From Octopus vulgaris (Eukaryota), in NCBI GenBank assembly GCA_951406725.2, contig OX597825.1:19716001-19780000 (forward strand): 64,000 bases of DNA, given 5' to 3'. Below the pieces are notes generated by a model. It was not told the DNA's origin, ran no database searches, and saw only the letters and a list, made by a program, of their open reading frames with translations. Shown piece after piece: positions 1-12,899 of the stretch. A program made the translations under genes and the position numbers. The first letter of the stretch is position 1. Each line of letters starts with the position of its first letter.

Positions 1-134
1 TCCAGGCTTTGTGTTCAGCGAAAGATGTCTAAATTTTGCTGACAGGAAGCCAATAATCATATATGTGTAGCGCTCTCTATCGAACCATCAATTGATCAAT
101 CGATCGATCAATATATCGATAAATAATCATATAT

Positions 135-190
135 TTATAAAAATACTGATAGGATGATAGATAGGTTGTCACATGTGTATGGGGAGAGAC

Positions 191-226
<36 letters not shown>

Positions 227-417
227 GTGTGTGTGTACGTGTGTGTTTGTATGTATGTATACATGTATATTTCTGTATAAAGATATGATATATATGTGTG
301 TGTACACATATTCGCTTATGCATAGGCGCATATGCATATATGTGTGTATGTGTGAGTATATGATATCTGTGTATGTGTGAGTGTCTGTTAGAGCTAGAGT
401 GTAAGAGAATCATAGGC

Positions 418-454
<37 letters not shown>

Positions 455-590
455 TAGACAGACAGAGACACATATATATATATATATATAGATAGATATA
501 TAGATAGACAGACAGACTGACATATAGATAGATAGAGAGATAGATAGACAGACAGACTGACATAGATAGAGAGGAATGTACACAGACGGA
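135..590. repeat. Compound microsatellite block (TA)n/(TG)n/(GA)n/(GACA)n/(GATA)n
   Basis: Directly visible di- and tetranucleotide arrays. Confidence 0.95.
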
Positions 591-712
591 GAGGCTAAAA
601 GTTATCTTCACAAAGTGGCAAAGAGGTATCTAGTCTATAGCAGATACTAATATACATATAAATTTATACATGTTCATATATAAATGTACAAGCCACACAC
701 ACTCATACACCC

Positions 713-762
<50 letters not shown>

Positions 763-1253
763 AATACACGCAGGCATATGTATATGTAGGTACATATCGA
801 AAAGATAAAGAAAGACAGGATGGATTGAATGGACTAAAGATGTGAATTTAGAGATATCCATTGATATCACTTCAATAAGAATATTCCCAAAGCTGAAGGA
901 AATTGAAGAAAAATAAATCGAGGAGGTTGAGAGCAAAGAGGTGGAAAAGAGTAAGAGATAAAAATAAATAGAAAAACATGTATTGGAAACAGCTTTTTAG
1001 TGAAGGAAAGAAATTAGGTATCAGGTATATCTACGAGGTCTGTTATTTCTGCTTGATATCAAAATATAATGATTATCACACTTATGCACTCAAATACGCA
1101 GCCACACGCCTACTCATTTAATATCTTAGGCGAAAGGAAAAGTAAATATGACGCTGTGTATAAAACATGTGTGTGTATGTATACTTACTCAGAGGTATAT
1201 GTAGTTGTATGTCTGTATATATGTATATATTTGTACGTAAGTACACACGTACA

Positions 1254-1575
1254 CTATTTTATACACATATTTGTCTGTCTATCAATCTGTGAATATAAAT
1301 ATATACACACACACTCACATATATATATGTGAATATAAATATATACACACACACTCATATATATATACATACATACATACATAAACATAGATCGATAGAT
1401 AGATAGATGCATGCATGCATGCATGCATACATACATACATACATACATACATACATAAACATAGATCGATCGATAGATAGATGCATGCATGCATGCATGC
1501 ATGCATACATACATACATACATACATACATACATACATACATACATACATACATACATACATACATACATACATA
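1254..1575. repeat. Compound (TACA)n/(TGCA)n/(GATA)n microsatellite with higher-order duplicated blocks
   Basis: Directly visible; the block ataaacatagatcgat..gatgcatgcatg occurs twice. Confidence 0.95.
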
Positions 1576-2059
1576 ATGTATTCAGGAAGAGGTATTGCTA
1601 AGTTCCTGGCTTTGGGTGAAAGAAAATACAGATAGATCAATTATTGGTGCTGTCCTTCAGTTTCTCTCAGCCCTGTAAAAGAATTCGGAGATTTAGGGTT
1701 CAACTTTGCCTTTCGCGATACCCATTTCAGCACCCCCATCGTATATATATGTACGTATTTATGTGTGTGTGAGGGTGGGTGTGGTGTGCATAAGCTGTGT
1801 GTGTATGTGTGTCTGTTCAAAAATCTTTTGTTGTATACAATGCAAGTGAATGTACACTGATCGCAGTGCGCATGTGCGGCTATATAAACCGTCAATATCT
1901 TAACGTACACAATTCTCAATCTAAATGCTTTTGAGCATCGTGCTCAAAAACCCTATTTATAAGTGTGTACGCACGCAGGCACGCTCGTGTGTGTGTTCAT
2001 CTTAGGTATGGCTGATAACGTTTTCTGAGAACTCATACAAACATATACACATGCTTATA

Positions 2060-2104
2060 TATGCATTCATCTTATGTGTATGTACGTACAGACACATACA
2101 CGTG

Positions 2105-2147
<43 letters not shown>

Positions 2148-2273
2148 ATGTATGATGTTGTGTATATATATACATAGATATATAAAGATATAGATATATA
2201 TATACATATATGTGTGTGTGTGTGTGTATGTATGATGTTGTATATATATATACATAGATATATAAAGATATAG

Positions 2274-2304
<31 letters not shown>

Positions 2305-2496
2305 CATATATACATATATACATACATAAATATATATATATATACACATATACATATATAGATACATATATATATATATATATATATACATCTATATATA
2401 TATACACACATACACACACACACATATATATATATATATGCATATATATATACACACACATATACACACATATATATATTATATATATATATATGT

Positions 2497-2528
<32 letters not shown>

Positions 2529-2583
2529 GCATATATATATACACACACATATACACACATATATATATTATATATATATATAT

Positions 2584-2640
<57 letters not shown>
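2060..2640. repeat. Compound (TA)n/(CA)n/(TG)n microsatellite
   Basis: Directly visible. Confidence 0.95.
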
Positions 2641-2641
<1 letters not shown>

Positions 2642-3047
2642 TGAGAAGAGCGGTAACTTCAGAAAGATGTTGACATGCTTTTAAGGATTCCTTTCTCAAG
2701 ATAGCATAATAACCCAAAGTATATATTTTTAGAACTTCAAAAAGATGAGCAATTTTAAGCGCTAAATATACGTTTCTTTTGCGCATATATCACGTATGTG
2801 TGTCTAATTGTCTGTACGTGTCTGTATGTGTGTATATATGTATGTATGTGTGTGTTTCTGTATGTGCGTGCGTGTCCAATGTGTGATTTTGAGAATGTTA
2901 ATGTATGCCTATATGCGTGAAGAAAGATGCGGATGATTTCATCTCTATGTTTATCAACAAAATGATGGAATTCAGACGCATTTGCATGACCACTCGCATA
3001 CTGTGCACGCACGTACAATCACGGCACACGCGTGTGTGATACACGTC

Positions 3048-3049
<2 letters not shown>

Positions 3050-3106
<57 letters not shown>

Positions 3107-3191
3107 ATAGATAGATAAATAGATATATTGATAGACAGACAGACAGTCAGACAGATAGATAGATAAATAGATAGATAGATAGATAAATAGT

Positions 3192-3235
<44 letters not shown>

Positions 3236-3468
3236 TAGATAGATAGATAAATAGATAGATAGATAAATAGTTAGATAGATAAATAGTTAGATAGATAGAT
3301 AGATAAATAGATACACTGAGGTTAGCCAGCATTAATAATCTGTAACAATGATAACGACGCCCATTTGTATTCTATATCCCTACCATCAAAAATTTGGAGA
3401 TTTATTTTTCATAACACGCGTGTGTGTGTTTGTGTGTGTGTGTGTGTTTGTCTTTGTGCGTGTGTATG

Positions 3469-3532
<64 letters not shown>

Positions 3533-3560
3533 GTTTATCTGTGTGTATGTGTGTTTGTTT
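3050..3560. repeat. (TA)n, (GATA)n/(GACA)n and (TG)n arrays
   Basis: Directly visible. Confidence 0.95.
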
Positions 3561-3672
3561 ATAAGTTCAGGTTAGTTGAAATAATAAACTGCTAAAACGC
3601 AAATTTACTGTAGCTACCACGTCGAAAATTTTCGCTTACGCTAAAAAGTATAAAAATAGCGTATAGGTTTAG

Positions 3673-3789
3673 AAGACCGATAAAACAAGTAGTAGGCTTG
3701 CAAAGAATAAGTTCTGGGGTCGATTTGCTCGACTAAAGGCGGTGCCCCTGCATGACCACAGTCACATGACTGAAACGAAGTAAAAGAGT
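3673..3789 (+). mobile_element. SINE family A, 3' fragment
   Basis: Matches the 3' half of the full copies at 23141 and 45621 (agaccgata..ggggtcgatttgctcgactaaaggcggtg..tgactgaaac..gtaaaagag). Confidence 0.8.
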
Positions 3790-4326
3790 ATCTGACCAGT
3801 ATCGCCATCAGGATTTCCAAACATTCATTTTTCCAATTCTTTAGCTGTTGTCAATGGGAAATACCTAAGAGAAGCAACTGTTCTGCGCCATATCTAAAAT
3901 ACAGTCAACAACATTGACTGGTCTGCGCTAGTAGACCGCTAGGTTGCGGAAATTACCGAAAGATTAGCGCCATGCAGCTTTTAGACATAAGCAAAGTTTA
4001 GGTTAGTTAAAATGTGTTTGTGCCATATTTCAACTGCTAAAAGTCAAACTCAGTGCAGTTACTGCTGAGAAATTTTTATCATATGGTAAAAAGGTATAAA
4101 AACGACCATATGTGTCTAGTGTCGCTAGCTATCAGGATTCTCAGACATCGATGTTTCTTTCTCCTTAAGTGTTCTCAGTAGGAAATGCCCAAGTGACTAA
4201 CACTTTCTAATTGCGAATGAATGTACTTATGTATGTGTTTAGACCTCAAACATCAGAAAATGAATTTGATTCGGGAAAAACGGATTTGATTTTCGAATTA
4301 TGTGTCCAACGTACAAAGTTATCCAA

Positions 4327-4363
<37 letters not shown>

Positions 4364-4366
<3 letters not shown>

Positions 4367-4919
4367 GCCCTGATGCAGTACCAGGCAGAGGCTCTCATGG
4401 CTTCTGATCTTAACTGATTGGAAGTGTTATCATGTACATTGTTCTGTCTTGGTATAAAAGATGGGCTACAGCAAATATTCAGCTCAATACCACAGATTTG
4501 CTTGTCAGTTGTTTGACCTTAACCAGTTGAGCATGTCCTTAGTGGCTGACGATATGTGCATCTCTGATCACGAGCAGAAGTACTGGGGGAGCATCATAGC
4601 CATGTGTTGAGAGGGATTCTTTGGGGTTTGAATAATTCACCTCTGGAAACATGGGTGGGTTTTTCAACATCCTTAAACAACCCTTATTCAGGGACCGTTT
4701 GAGCGGGATGGGCTACTCAACCTGAAGAAAATTCTAACTAGGCCCCACCTGTAAGGTCATGTGCAGTTTATCTTGATATGAGATCACCATGCCGCGCACA
4801 TATGGTTGTGATGCATGTGCCTGGTGTGCCCTTATCAGACGGGTAGTCATGATGGGTATATTGGGCTTCGTATATTTTACCCCAGTGTCACTTTGATGGC
4901 ATGAACTGCTCTCTCAGTC
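4364..4919. mobile_element. ~555-bp non-coding interspersed element inserted into an (AAT)n array
   Basis: Higher-GC unique block flanked precisely on both sides by (AAT)n; no ORF. Confidence 0.55.
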
Positions 4920-5343
4920 AATAATAATAATAATAATAATAATAATATAATTTTTTACGAGAAAAATCTCAACTTTTAGGTCGACAATTCTCACACTATC
5001 ATTATCAACGTTTCTTTCTAAACATATTTCCCATACTCTTTGACACCCTCTCTCTCACTTTGTGTATGTACTATGTCTCTTACGCAGAATTTCGGTTTAT
5101 TTAACACCAAGTCTTGTAATGCATACAGTCATCTTTCACTTTATCATTGCTATCACTGTGTTTCTTGATTGGTTATAAATGGCCAAACTTTAAGCCTTTT
5201 GAATTAAATGAATTACAATCTCGGATTCATCATGAAAAAGTACATCAATATACCAAATTTGAAAATCTCCACTTAATTTTAACTTTCAAAATTTGCGATA
5301 GCGACAGGAAAGATTTCTATCCATCCAACTCTGGCTCTATCTT

Positions 5344-5377
<34 letters not shown>

Positions 5378-6591
5378 ATTTATTTATCTTTCACTTTCTC
5401 ATAATAAACTTTCTCACTCTATACAAGTATATCGTTCACAGTGAATGTGTACTTGTTAGTATATGTGTGCGTATGCACGTGTGTAAGGAGTTTCATTAGG
5501 GCGATAGTGTAATTCAAAAATGCTATGTAAATGATAAATTAATTTAAATGCATACTTTTCTGTTAGAAAACCTTGTCTCATACACACACGGATTCGCGTG
5601 ATGTGCAGTACGTTGGTTTAAAGATTTAGATAAACAATTTTTTTATTGTTGTTGCCTATGATGTTTGGCAAAGCCATCAACACTCAATCTTCCTCCACAT
5701 CCAGCAAATTTATGTTTTTAAAGACCTCAAAATAAAACACAACATATCTTGTATCTAATCTCAATTATATATTACAACTTGTAATATATTCCACCAACGT
5801 TAAGATCAAAAATTTCCAAGTCAACAAGAATCTGTAAGCCTTGTGGATATCATATTACTTATAGATGTTCAATATAATTTGAATATTTATATGAAACAAT
5901 GGAAGAAGTGAAGATTATGAATACATCTTAAGGATCATATATAATCAAACTTTCTCTCCGGGTTATATTTGGGTCACTCCAAAGCTTTACATCACACAAC
6001 TGTAAACAAATGTGATTAGAAAACAACATTTGTTAAGACAACTATATTATGTAGGAAACACTCGAAATGTCACGAATGGTTATATAAGTAAGTGAATGCT
6101 ACAACGTCCAGAATAAAATCAGTACGCATAGCGATTAATAAACATAGTAATACAATACAGCAGTATTGTATTAGTTGGTTTATGATTCGGTGTGTACAAT
6201 GTCAGGTGATATTAATAAAGAATTGACGCAAAAGGTTTTTGTTAATTCTTTCCTGCAACAAGGAAAGCAATAACAACAGCTATTAAAATTGTTTCATCTG
6301 GGGATATAACGCTGGAAAGATTTTAAACGTCCTTCGGGCATAAATATAATTGTCTCAAACACAGCATAAGATATTTCACGAAAATTGTAACTTCTTAGGC
6401 ACAAACACACAAATATTGTGTGACTGTGAGTGTGAATGTGTGTGGGGGGAGTTGTGTGTTTTGCATATGTGTGATCTTGGAGTGTAGAAAATAATTTCAG
6501 TCTTGCAGTGTATACAAATATAAATTCTTCAATGTTTTGGATAGAAAGTTAATATCTGCATGGCATTATCATATAAATACAGTAGAAGCAA

Positions 6592-6628
<37 letters not shown>

Positions 6629-7484
6629 CATATCTCTGTGAGACACTTCACTTTCAGAACCGTAAGTTTCCTGTTATGCATACAATTATTAGAAAGGGAA
6701 AAGATGACATAGAGTTACGTAATATTAATTTGTATTTGTCGAGAAGCGAAATATAATATAGCAGATAGAAAGAGAGGTGATTCCTACATGTTAATTTTGA
6801 TATTTTAAACACGCCTAGGGGGAGGTTTTCCAATCTACTGCACTTATCATCTCTTAGAATCGAAGTCGTTCAATTCGCGATATTCCATATGTAAATCACT
6901 ATATTCCGTATACTGTGTGTGCCTTCGGCGATAGATTGGAATTGAGTATTACAACAATTATTTTTGTTCGCCAATATGTATGTATGCAACAGCAAAAACA
7001 GTTTCTATCTCTATCCCACAGCAATATTTCTGTTTATGATACTGTATATTGTTTTAGCAAGAACATTATTCCACATAAAGAGGCAGCAACCAAATGTCAT
7101 CCTACGGAACCTGCTAATCACATATATTATATCTTCTAGAAATGCGGAACTTTCGACATTTTCGCTCTTATCTTCAGGGCTTTAGTGTTCAACTGTCAAT
7201 TGTGTTCATTACACATTTTGTGAGTATCCTTTGTTTTTGAACAAAAGAAGAACCTTCACATTTTGATATAATAGTCAGTAACCTAGGAGGATGATAGGTT
7301 ACACTTCATGACGAAGTTGGCTTGAGTTTACATGATACATAACCATATATTACTGTTTTAAAATATGTAGAGTGTGTAACATTGAGCTATTCTAATCAAC
7401 TACTCATGAAATAGAATATGGATCCTTGAATAGATTCCTACTTGACTTGATAGATGACCTGTTTGATATTCTTTTTACTTTTAT

Positions 7485-7898
7485 GACGGCGAGCTGGCAG
7501 AAACGTTAGCACGCCGAGCGAAATGCGTAGCCGTATTTCGTCTGCCGTTAAGTTCTGACTTCTTATTCCACCGAGATCGACTTTGCCTTTCATCCTTTCG
7601 GGGTCGATAAATTAAGTACCAGTTACGCAATGGGGTCGATGTAATCGACTTAATCCGTTTATCTGTCCTTCTTTGTCCTCTCTATGTTTAGTCCCTTGTG
7701 GGTAGTAAAGAAATAGCTATTTCGTTTGCTGCTACGTTCTGAGTTCAAATTCCGCCGATGTCGACTTTGCCTTCCATCCTTTCGGAGTCGATTAATTAAG
7801 TTCCAGTTACGCACTGGGGTCGATGCAATCGTCCTAAACACTTTGTCTGTCCTTGTTTGTCACCTCTGTTTAACACCCTGTCGACAATAAAAAAATAA
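7485..7898 (+). mobile_element. SINE family B (tRNA-like head, Meta-domain-like core), partial tandem dimer
   Basis: Head ggcgagctggcagaaacgttagc; core gtcgactttgcctttcatcctttcggggtcgataaattaagtaccag present twice; near-identical TSD atattcttttWactttt at 7466-7482 and 7899-7915. Confidence 0.9.
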
Positions 7899-8867
7899 AT
7901 ATTCTTTTAACTTTTGACAGCTTTCACGCTATATTAATTTTCATTTCGGATTATGAAAATCTGGTTGAACTGATTTTAAGTTTCTTCCATTATTTTCTTC
8001 TAATTTTGGACTCTCTTATTAAAATTATTTCTGTAGAATCTTAAGTTGATATTTAGATCTTATAAGTTTTCATAATAATGGAAAGACTTATCTACATGAA
8101 CCAAACGGTCTCCCAAAGTGTTACTGTACGTGAAACTTAGATTCGGTAATGTAATACTTCACAGTTTACGCAATAGAAAAAATTACAATGCTATAAATTT
8201 CTTTGGTTCATCTGACTTTTTCTATAAATACTTTGGGTATGCGCACGCGAGTTTGAGTTTGTGTGTGTGTGTATGTGTGTAGGAGAAATAATAAATATGT
8301 TCTCTATAGAGCATGATACACTAGGCTAACGACATTATTTTGTGAGACGTGTAGCAAGGCAGGCAATCTAAGTTTAATATGTCCACACTGTAAACCTCAG
8401 GTTTGGCGACCAAGTAAAATTGCTGTGTTTTTATAGAGAAGTATTGAAAAGGCGAAATGCATATTTATACCTTTTATTCCAGTTAGATTACACGCGTTTC
8501 CGAGAAATTTCCATTGTCATAGTTCCCTAGCGCAATAACCACGTCTATTAAACGATTCCATAATCGATCATTCGAATAACGGAGAGAACGGACTTCCTCC
8601 TTTATCTTCTTCAGAGCTACAACATACTGGCTGCCAAGTAGGATATTTGACCCAAAGCCTAGCGGTGGTAGCTAGGTCATCTGTTTTAAGCATTTCTTTG
8701 GCCAGTGCTAAACAGACTACTATCGGCATAGTCGATCAAAGTTTTACATATATGACCAGAAACGGATTGAAATTCGATATCTCACTATTCTGTTTAGTGT
8801 TTTTGTTTCTCTTTCTCTCCCTCTCCCTATATATAGATATATATTAGTATATATATAAATATATACT

Positions 8868-8911
<44 letters not shown>

Positions 8912-9000
8912 GGAGAGTTCACGAAAAAAACAAAAGACGGAGACAGGTGGTGTACAAAACAAACAGATGTATTAGTGTAACGCCAAGGAATAGATAAAAT

Positions 9001-9036
9001 CTTTTACGTTTCGAGCCTACGCTCTTCGACAGAAGG
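9001..9036 (-). ncRNA. Minimal hammerhead-ribozyme-like motif in a Penelope-type tail (tail ~8911-9110 ending in (TA)n)
   Basis: Minus strand: cctt CTGTCGA A GAGC gtag GCTC GAAA CG TA aaag. Perfect stem II; variant core and weak stem I. Confidence 0.5.
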
Positions 9037-9430
9037 GGACACAGAAAAAAAAACAAGGAGAGAAACAAGAAGAGAAAAAAAATGTGCGTAGTGGCTACCG
9101 ATCTATCATACATCGATATTCTTCGTTTTTCCTTACTCGCTTAAAGGTCGTGTTTATTTTGAAAGGACACATGAGAAGGTAATGATGTGAATGAGCATTA
9201 TTTATAAGATGTGGTGATTCGGTGAGTGCATAGGTACCGTCGTCTTCCTTTGCGCAACCAGTTAGACATTAATTTCTAAGAAAGTACCACACATTTTTAT
9301 TGATCGGTATATGGTGATCGTCTATAACACACGAACGTCGGACCTATGCCATCTCCAAGAATCCAATAATCCATACTTGTGATCCATTCAAGGTCATTTA
9401 TATCCTGGTGCACCAGTGTTTACAATTAAA

Positions 9431-9740
9431 AGCATGGCTATGTAGTTAAGAAACTTTGTGTGCAACCCCACTGTTTCCGGGTTCAGTTGTATATACGTTC
9501 TATCATAAATCATATGCACGTATATAAGTGTATTTGTGTTTGCGTTTTGTTTGTTCCCTCACACTGCTTGAGAAATGTTGTTGGTTTATTTACGTTACCG
9601 TAACATAGCGATTCGATAACAGGGGAGATTCACAATAAGTGGCATAAGTTTTAAAAAATATACATAGAATTCTTCGACTGAAATCTCCTGAAGGCCGTGT
9701 CTTAGCATAGCCGCAGTCCAATGACTGGAAGAAATAAATT
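9431..9740 (+). mobile_element. SINE family A, old degenerate copy
   Basis: Recognisable head (gcatggctatgtagttaag..ccgggttcagt) and tail (gcatagccgcagtccaatgactgg). Confidence 0.6.
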
Positions 9741-10376
9741 ATAATACATAAAAAGATGTAACCAGCGTACTAAATTTCGGGTATCGTCATGAAAGAATCG
9801 TAAATACCTTCTTTCGCCTCTATTTTGTTTTTACTACATGATCGATTTCAAGGCAGATGGCTCTAAAGCACATTCGGTTTATATTTTGAAGTCCGGAACA
9901 AGTATGTACAAATACCAACTTGATTTTGTATTAAAGCTGTTTTATTTTTAGATTCCACTATTATTATTCTTTTGATGTATCGATTACAATATATTCCTCT
10001 TTATTGGTTGTTGTTTTCGCTTTTCTTATCGTACTATTCCGAATTGTTCCGGCTACTGTAACATCCTGTGCGTTAAGGTTGTGTCTCGGTCAAATTCTCC
10101 CGTAATTGGCAACGGTATTGCTAATGTTTCCAGCTTTCAGTATATATATAAGTGAAATAATTCTCTATGCGTATATATTAGTATGAATGAATGTATAAAT
10201 GTGTGTACGTATGTGTTTATGTATATGTGTGCATGCATAAATCTGGGAAACTAACGTATTTTATAGACACACACACGTACGCACACATTTGTAAGTATAT
10301 AAGTATATATGTCTCCATATATAAATATATGCACATGTATATATATATGCACATGTAACTCTCCCCCTCTCTCTCT

Positions 10377-10409
<33 letters not shown>

Positions 10410-10526
10410 CATATATATGCATATATATACATGTGCATATATTTATATATGGAAACATACTTATATACTTACAAATGTGTGTATTTGTGTGTACGTGTGT
10501 GTGTGTGTGTCTATAAAATACGTTAG

Positions 10527-10567
<41 letters not shown>

Positions 10568-11879
10568 CACTTTCAGAGTGTTACAAAAAATAATTATAAT
10601 ATAATAACAGCAATAGAAATATCGTTGCGAACACTGCTATTACTGTTGAGACACATATATTTTTGCAATATCATTTTATGTTCAGATAAATTATTAAATT
10701 ACATTGCATTGCAGCCATTAAACAGTGCGTTTAGATTTTAGTTTACCTAATGGTTATATTTTCAAATTCTAGCTTAATTCGATTAAATGGTTTAAAAACA
10801 GCAGCGAACACTTGCATCGAATTCTCTCACACAGGCACACATAGATGTAAGCAGCCAAAGTAGTCGTTAAACACGATAATCAGTAAATTACAGTTGTTCT
10901 AAACGTATAAACAACTCTACCTAAAGAGATTTGATGGATCAACTAAATTTTTTATAGGAGTGTAACCTTTACCAATTCTCAAGTTTTATTACTTAAAATT
11001 AGAGCAATCTAACTGAAAACTTTCTTTGTGGAGATTTAATTACTAGTAAGATGAGTCGCTGGTTACGTAAAGTCAGAGAGGCCAATATAAAAGGAAATGC
11101 GTTTTGATTTTGTTTTATTATTTTCTTTAGATTCTCTTTAAGGGCAATAACAGCAGGCTGTCAACGTTTATTGCTCTCAACCAACGGAGATGTGTTAGAT
11201 TAACATACATTTATGACCATAAACGTCATCATTTTCTGCTGTTATTCCCTCACGCAAGCTCTTTTCATAGTATCAATTAAATGGAAAACGGTTTGCCAGA
11301 CTATACAATGCAACGAACAAACTGCGCCCAGACAGAATGTAATTTTTTCTACAGCAGACATTCTATTTCTCAACGTTTTCAAAATACACAACTTAGTATA
11401 TTAAAACTTCCAAATAGGTGTTTGTATGTACGCAATACATAACATGCGTACATACATGAGCGCACCAAACACTATCACATACATATAAAGATGTATATGT
11501 GCGTTGATGCGTGTGTATATATAATATATATGTATATACATATGCATGTGTGTGTGTGTGTGTGTGTTGTATATAATTTATATAATGGTAAATAAATATA
11601 TTATTCCTTAAAAAACGAAGTGTGACGATGATTTTAAACTACTTTTGACATGTTCCTCTCAGAATGCATGGATTATTCATTTCAAGGAAATAACGTGCAC
11701 TTTGGAGGTTAAAAACGCAACAATTTTAATGGCCTACGCTGAAGCAAGGCCGCAAATTTTATTTGGGGAGGAACAGTGTCGATTCAATCGAACCCGAAAA
11801 TTTATTGGTAATTATTGTAACTATGGCAAACATGTGAATGCAATTTTCAAAATCGCAAAATCATTATAATTTCAAATTT

Positions 11880-12056
11880 GATAGTAATAATAGTCATTAT
11901 TATTATAATTATTATTATCATTATTAATATTATTATTATCATTATTATCACTATTATTATTATCACTATTATTATTATCATTATTATCAGTATTATTATT
12001 ATCACTATTATTATTATTATTATTATTATTATCACTATTATTATTATTGTTATCAC

Positions 12057-12087
<31 letters not shown>

Positions 12088-12090
12088 TTG
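11880..12090. repeat. (ATT)n/(ATC)n trinucleotide array
   Basis: Directly visible. Confidence 0.95.
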
Positions 12091-12509
12091 AAATTTTCTA
12101 AATTTTACTAATTATTTCAATATTTGCATTCAGATGTCCTCTCCTTGTAAAGTGCCCACTGATTACCCTCGTTCAAGTGAAATGTAATAATCAATGTAGT
12201 GTATGAAAGCAGAAAGCCATGAATCGTAACTTGACACCGCAAAGCACTTTGGACGGATTTTTAACAATTTCAGCCTTGCACGTCTAATTTATATGCAATA
12301 AAATTCTAGTCGCAGTTGTTGGAATTAATCTTGACTAACTAGGTTTAAATTCCCTGCCAGACGTGAAAACGGTGAGCTTTCTGTATCTTAGTAAATGGAA
12401 GTTTATTTCTATTATCAAGTAAATTATATAAACGTTACGATATAATATACCATTTCCTCTTAGATTATTCACTCCTGTAAATCATTCTTTCTCAAAAACG
12501 TTTTAATTA

Positions 12510-12899
12510 AACGTAAAGTATACTAGCCATCTCAATATGGCTAACCACTAAGGGTGGGTGTTACTGTAGCTTTTAGCCCCAGGAGATCATCGTCTCCAGC
12601 TGGCTTTAGGTCCGCTTTCTGTGCCCTTATGGTATTTGCAAAGGGAGGTCATCCCTCTCTCGTAAACCTAAGTGATACGTACGGACTGCAGTTTCTAGGT
12701 ATTTGCCTGTCTTCGGCGTACGGCAATCACCGGTTTTCGATGAAGGAAGACCAGTTTGCAAATATTTATTTATTGTTTTTCCGGTAACTTCCGTCACTGA
12801 TTTCGAAAAACTGTCTGCAAGCAATAATAAATCTCTGAATGAGATGTAAACAGTAACTGGTCGACAACGTAAAGTATATTAGCCATCTTAATATGGCTA
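12510..12899 (-). mobile_element. Candidate non-LTR retrozyme, copy 1 (356-bp unit plus 34-bp terminal redundancy)
   Basis: aacgtaaagtataYtagccatctYaatatggcta at 12510-12543 and 12866-12899; internal type I HHR; colinear homology with 39342-39770. Confidence 0.7.
12678..12722 (-). ncRNA. Type I hammerhead ribozyme motif
   Basis: Minus strand: CGTACG CCGAAGA cAGG caaata CCTa GAAA CTGCAG TC CGTACG. 6-bp stem I, palindromic stem/loop III, GUC cleavage triplet, one core substitution (CUGA to CCGA). Confidence 0.75.

Noticed and set aside
3586-5330. Degenerate ~300-bp repeated blocks and a Helentron-like appearance around the (AAT)n element
   Set aside because: Similarity is patchy and the termini could not be defined by eye.
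11847-12111. Poly-Ile ORFs on both strands
   Set aside because: (ATT)n microsatellite.
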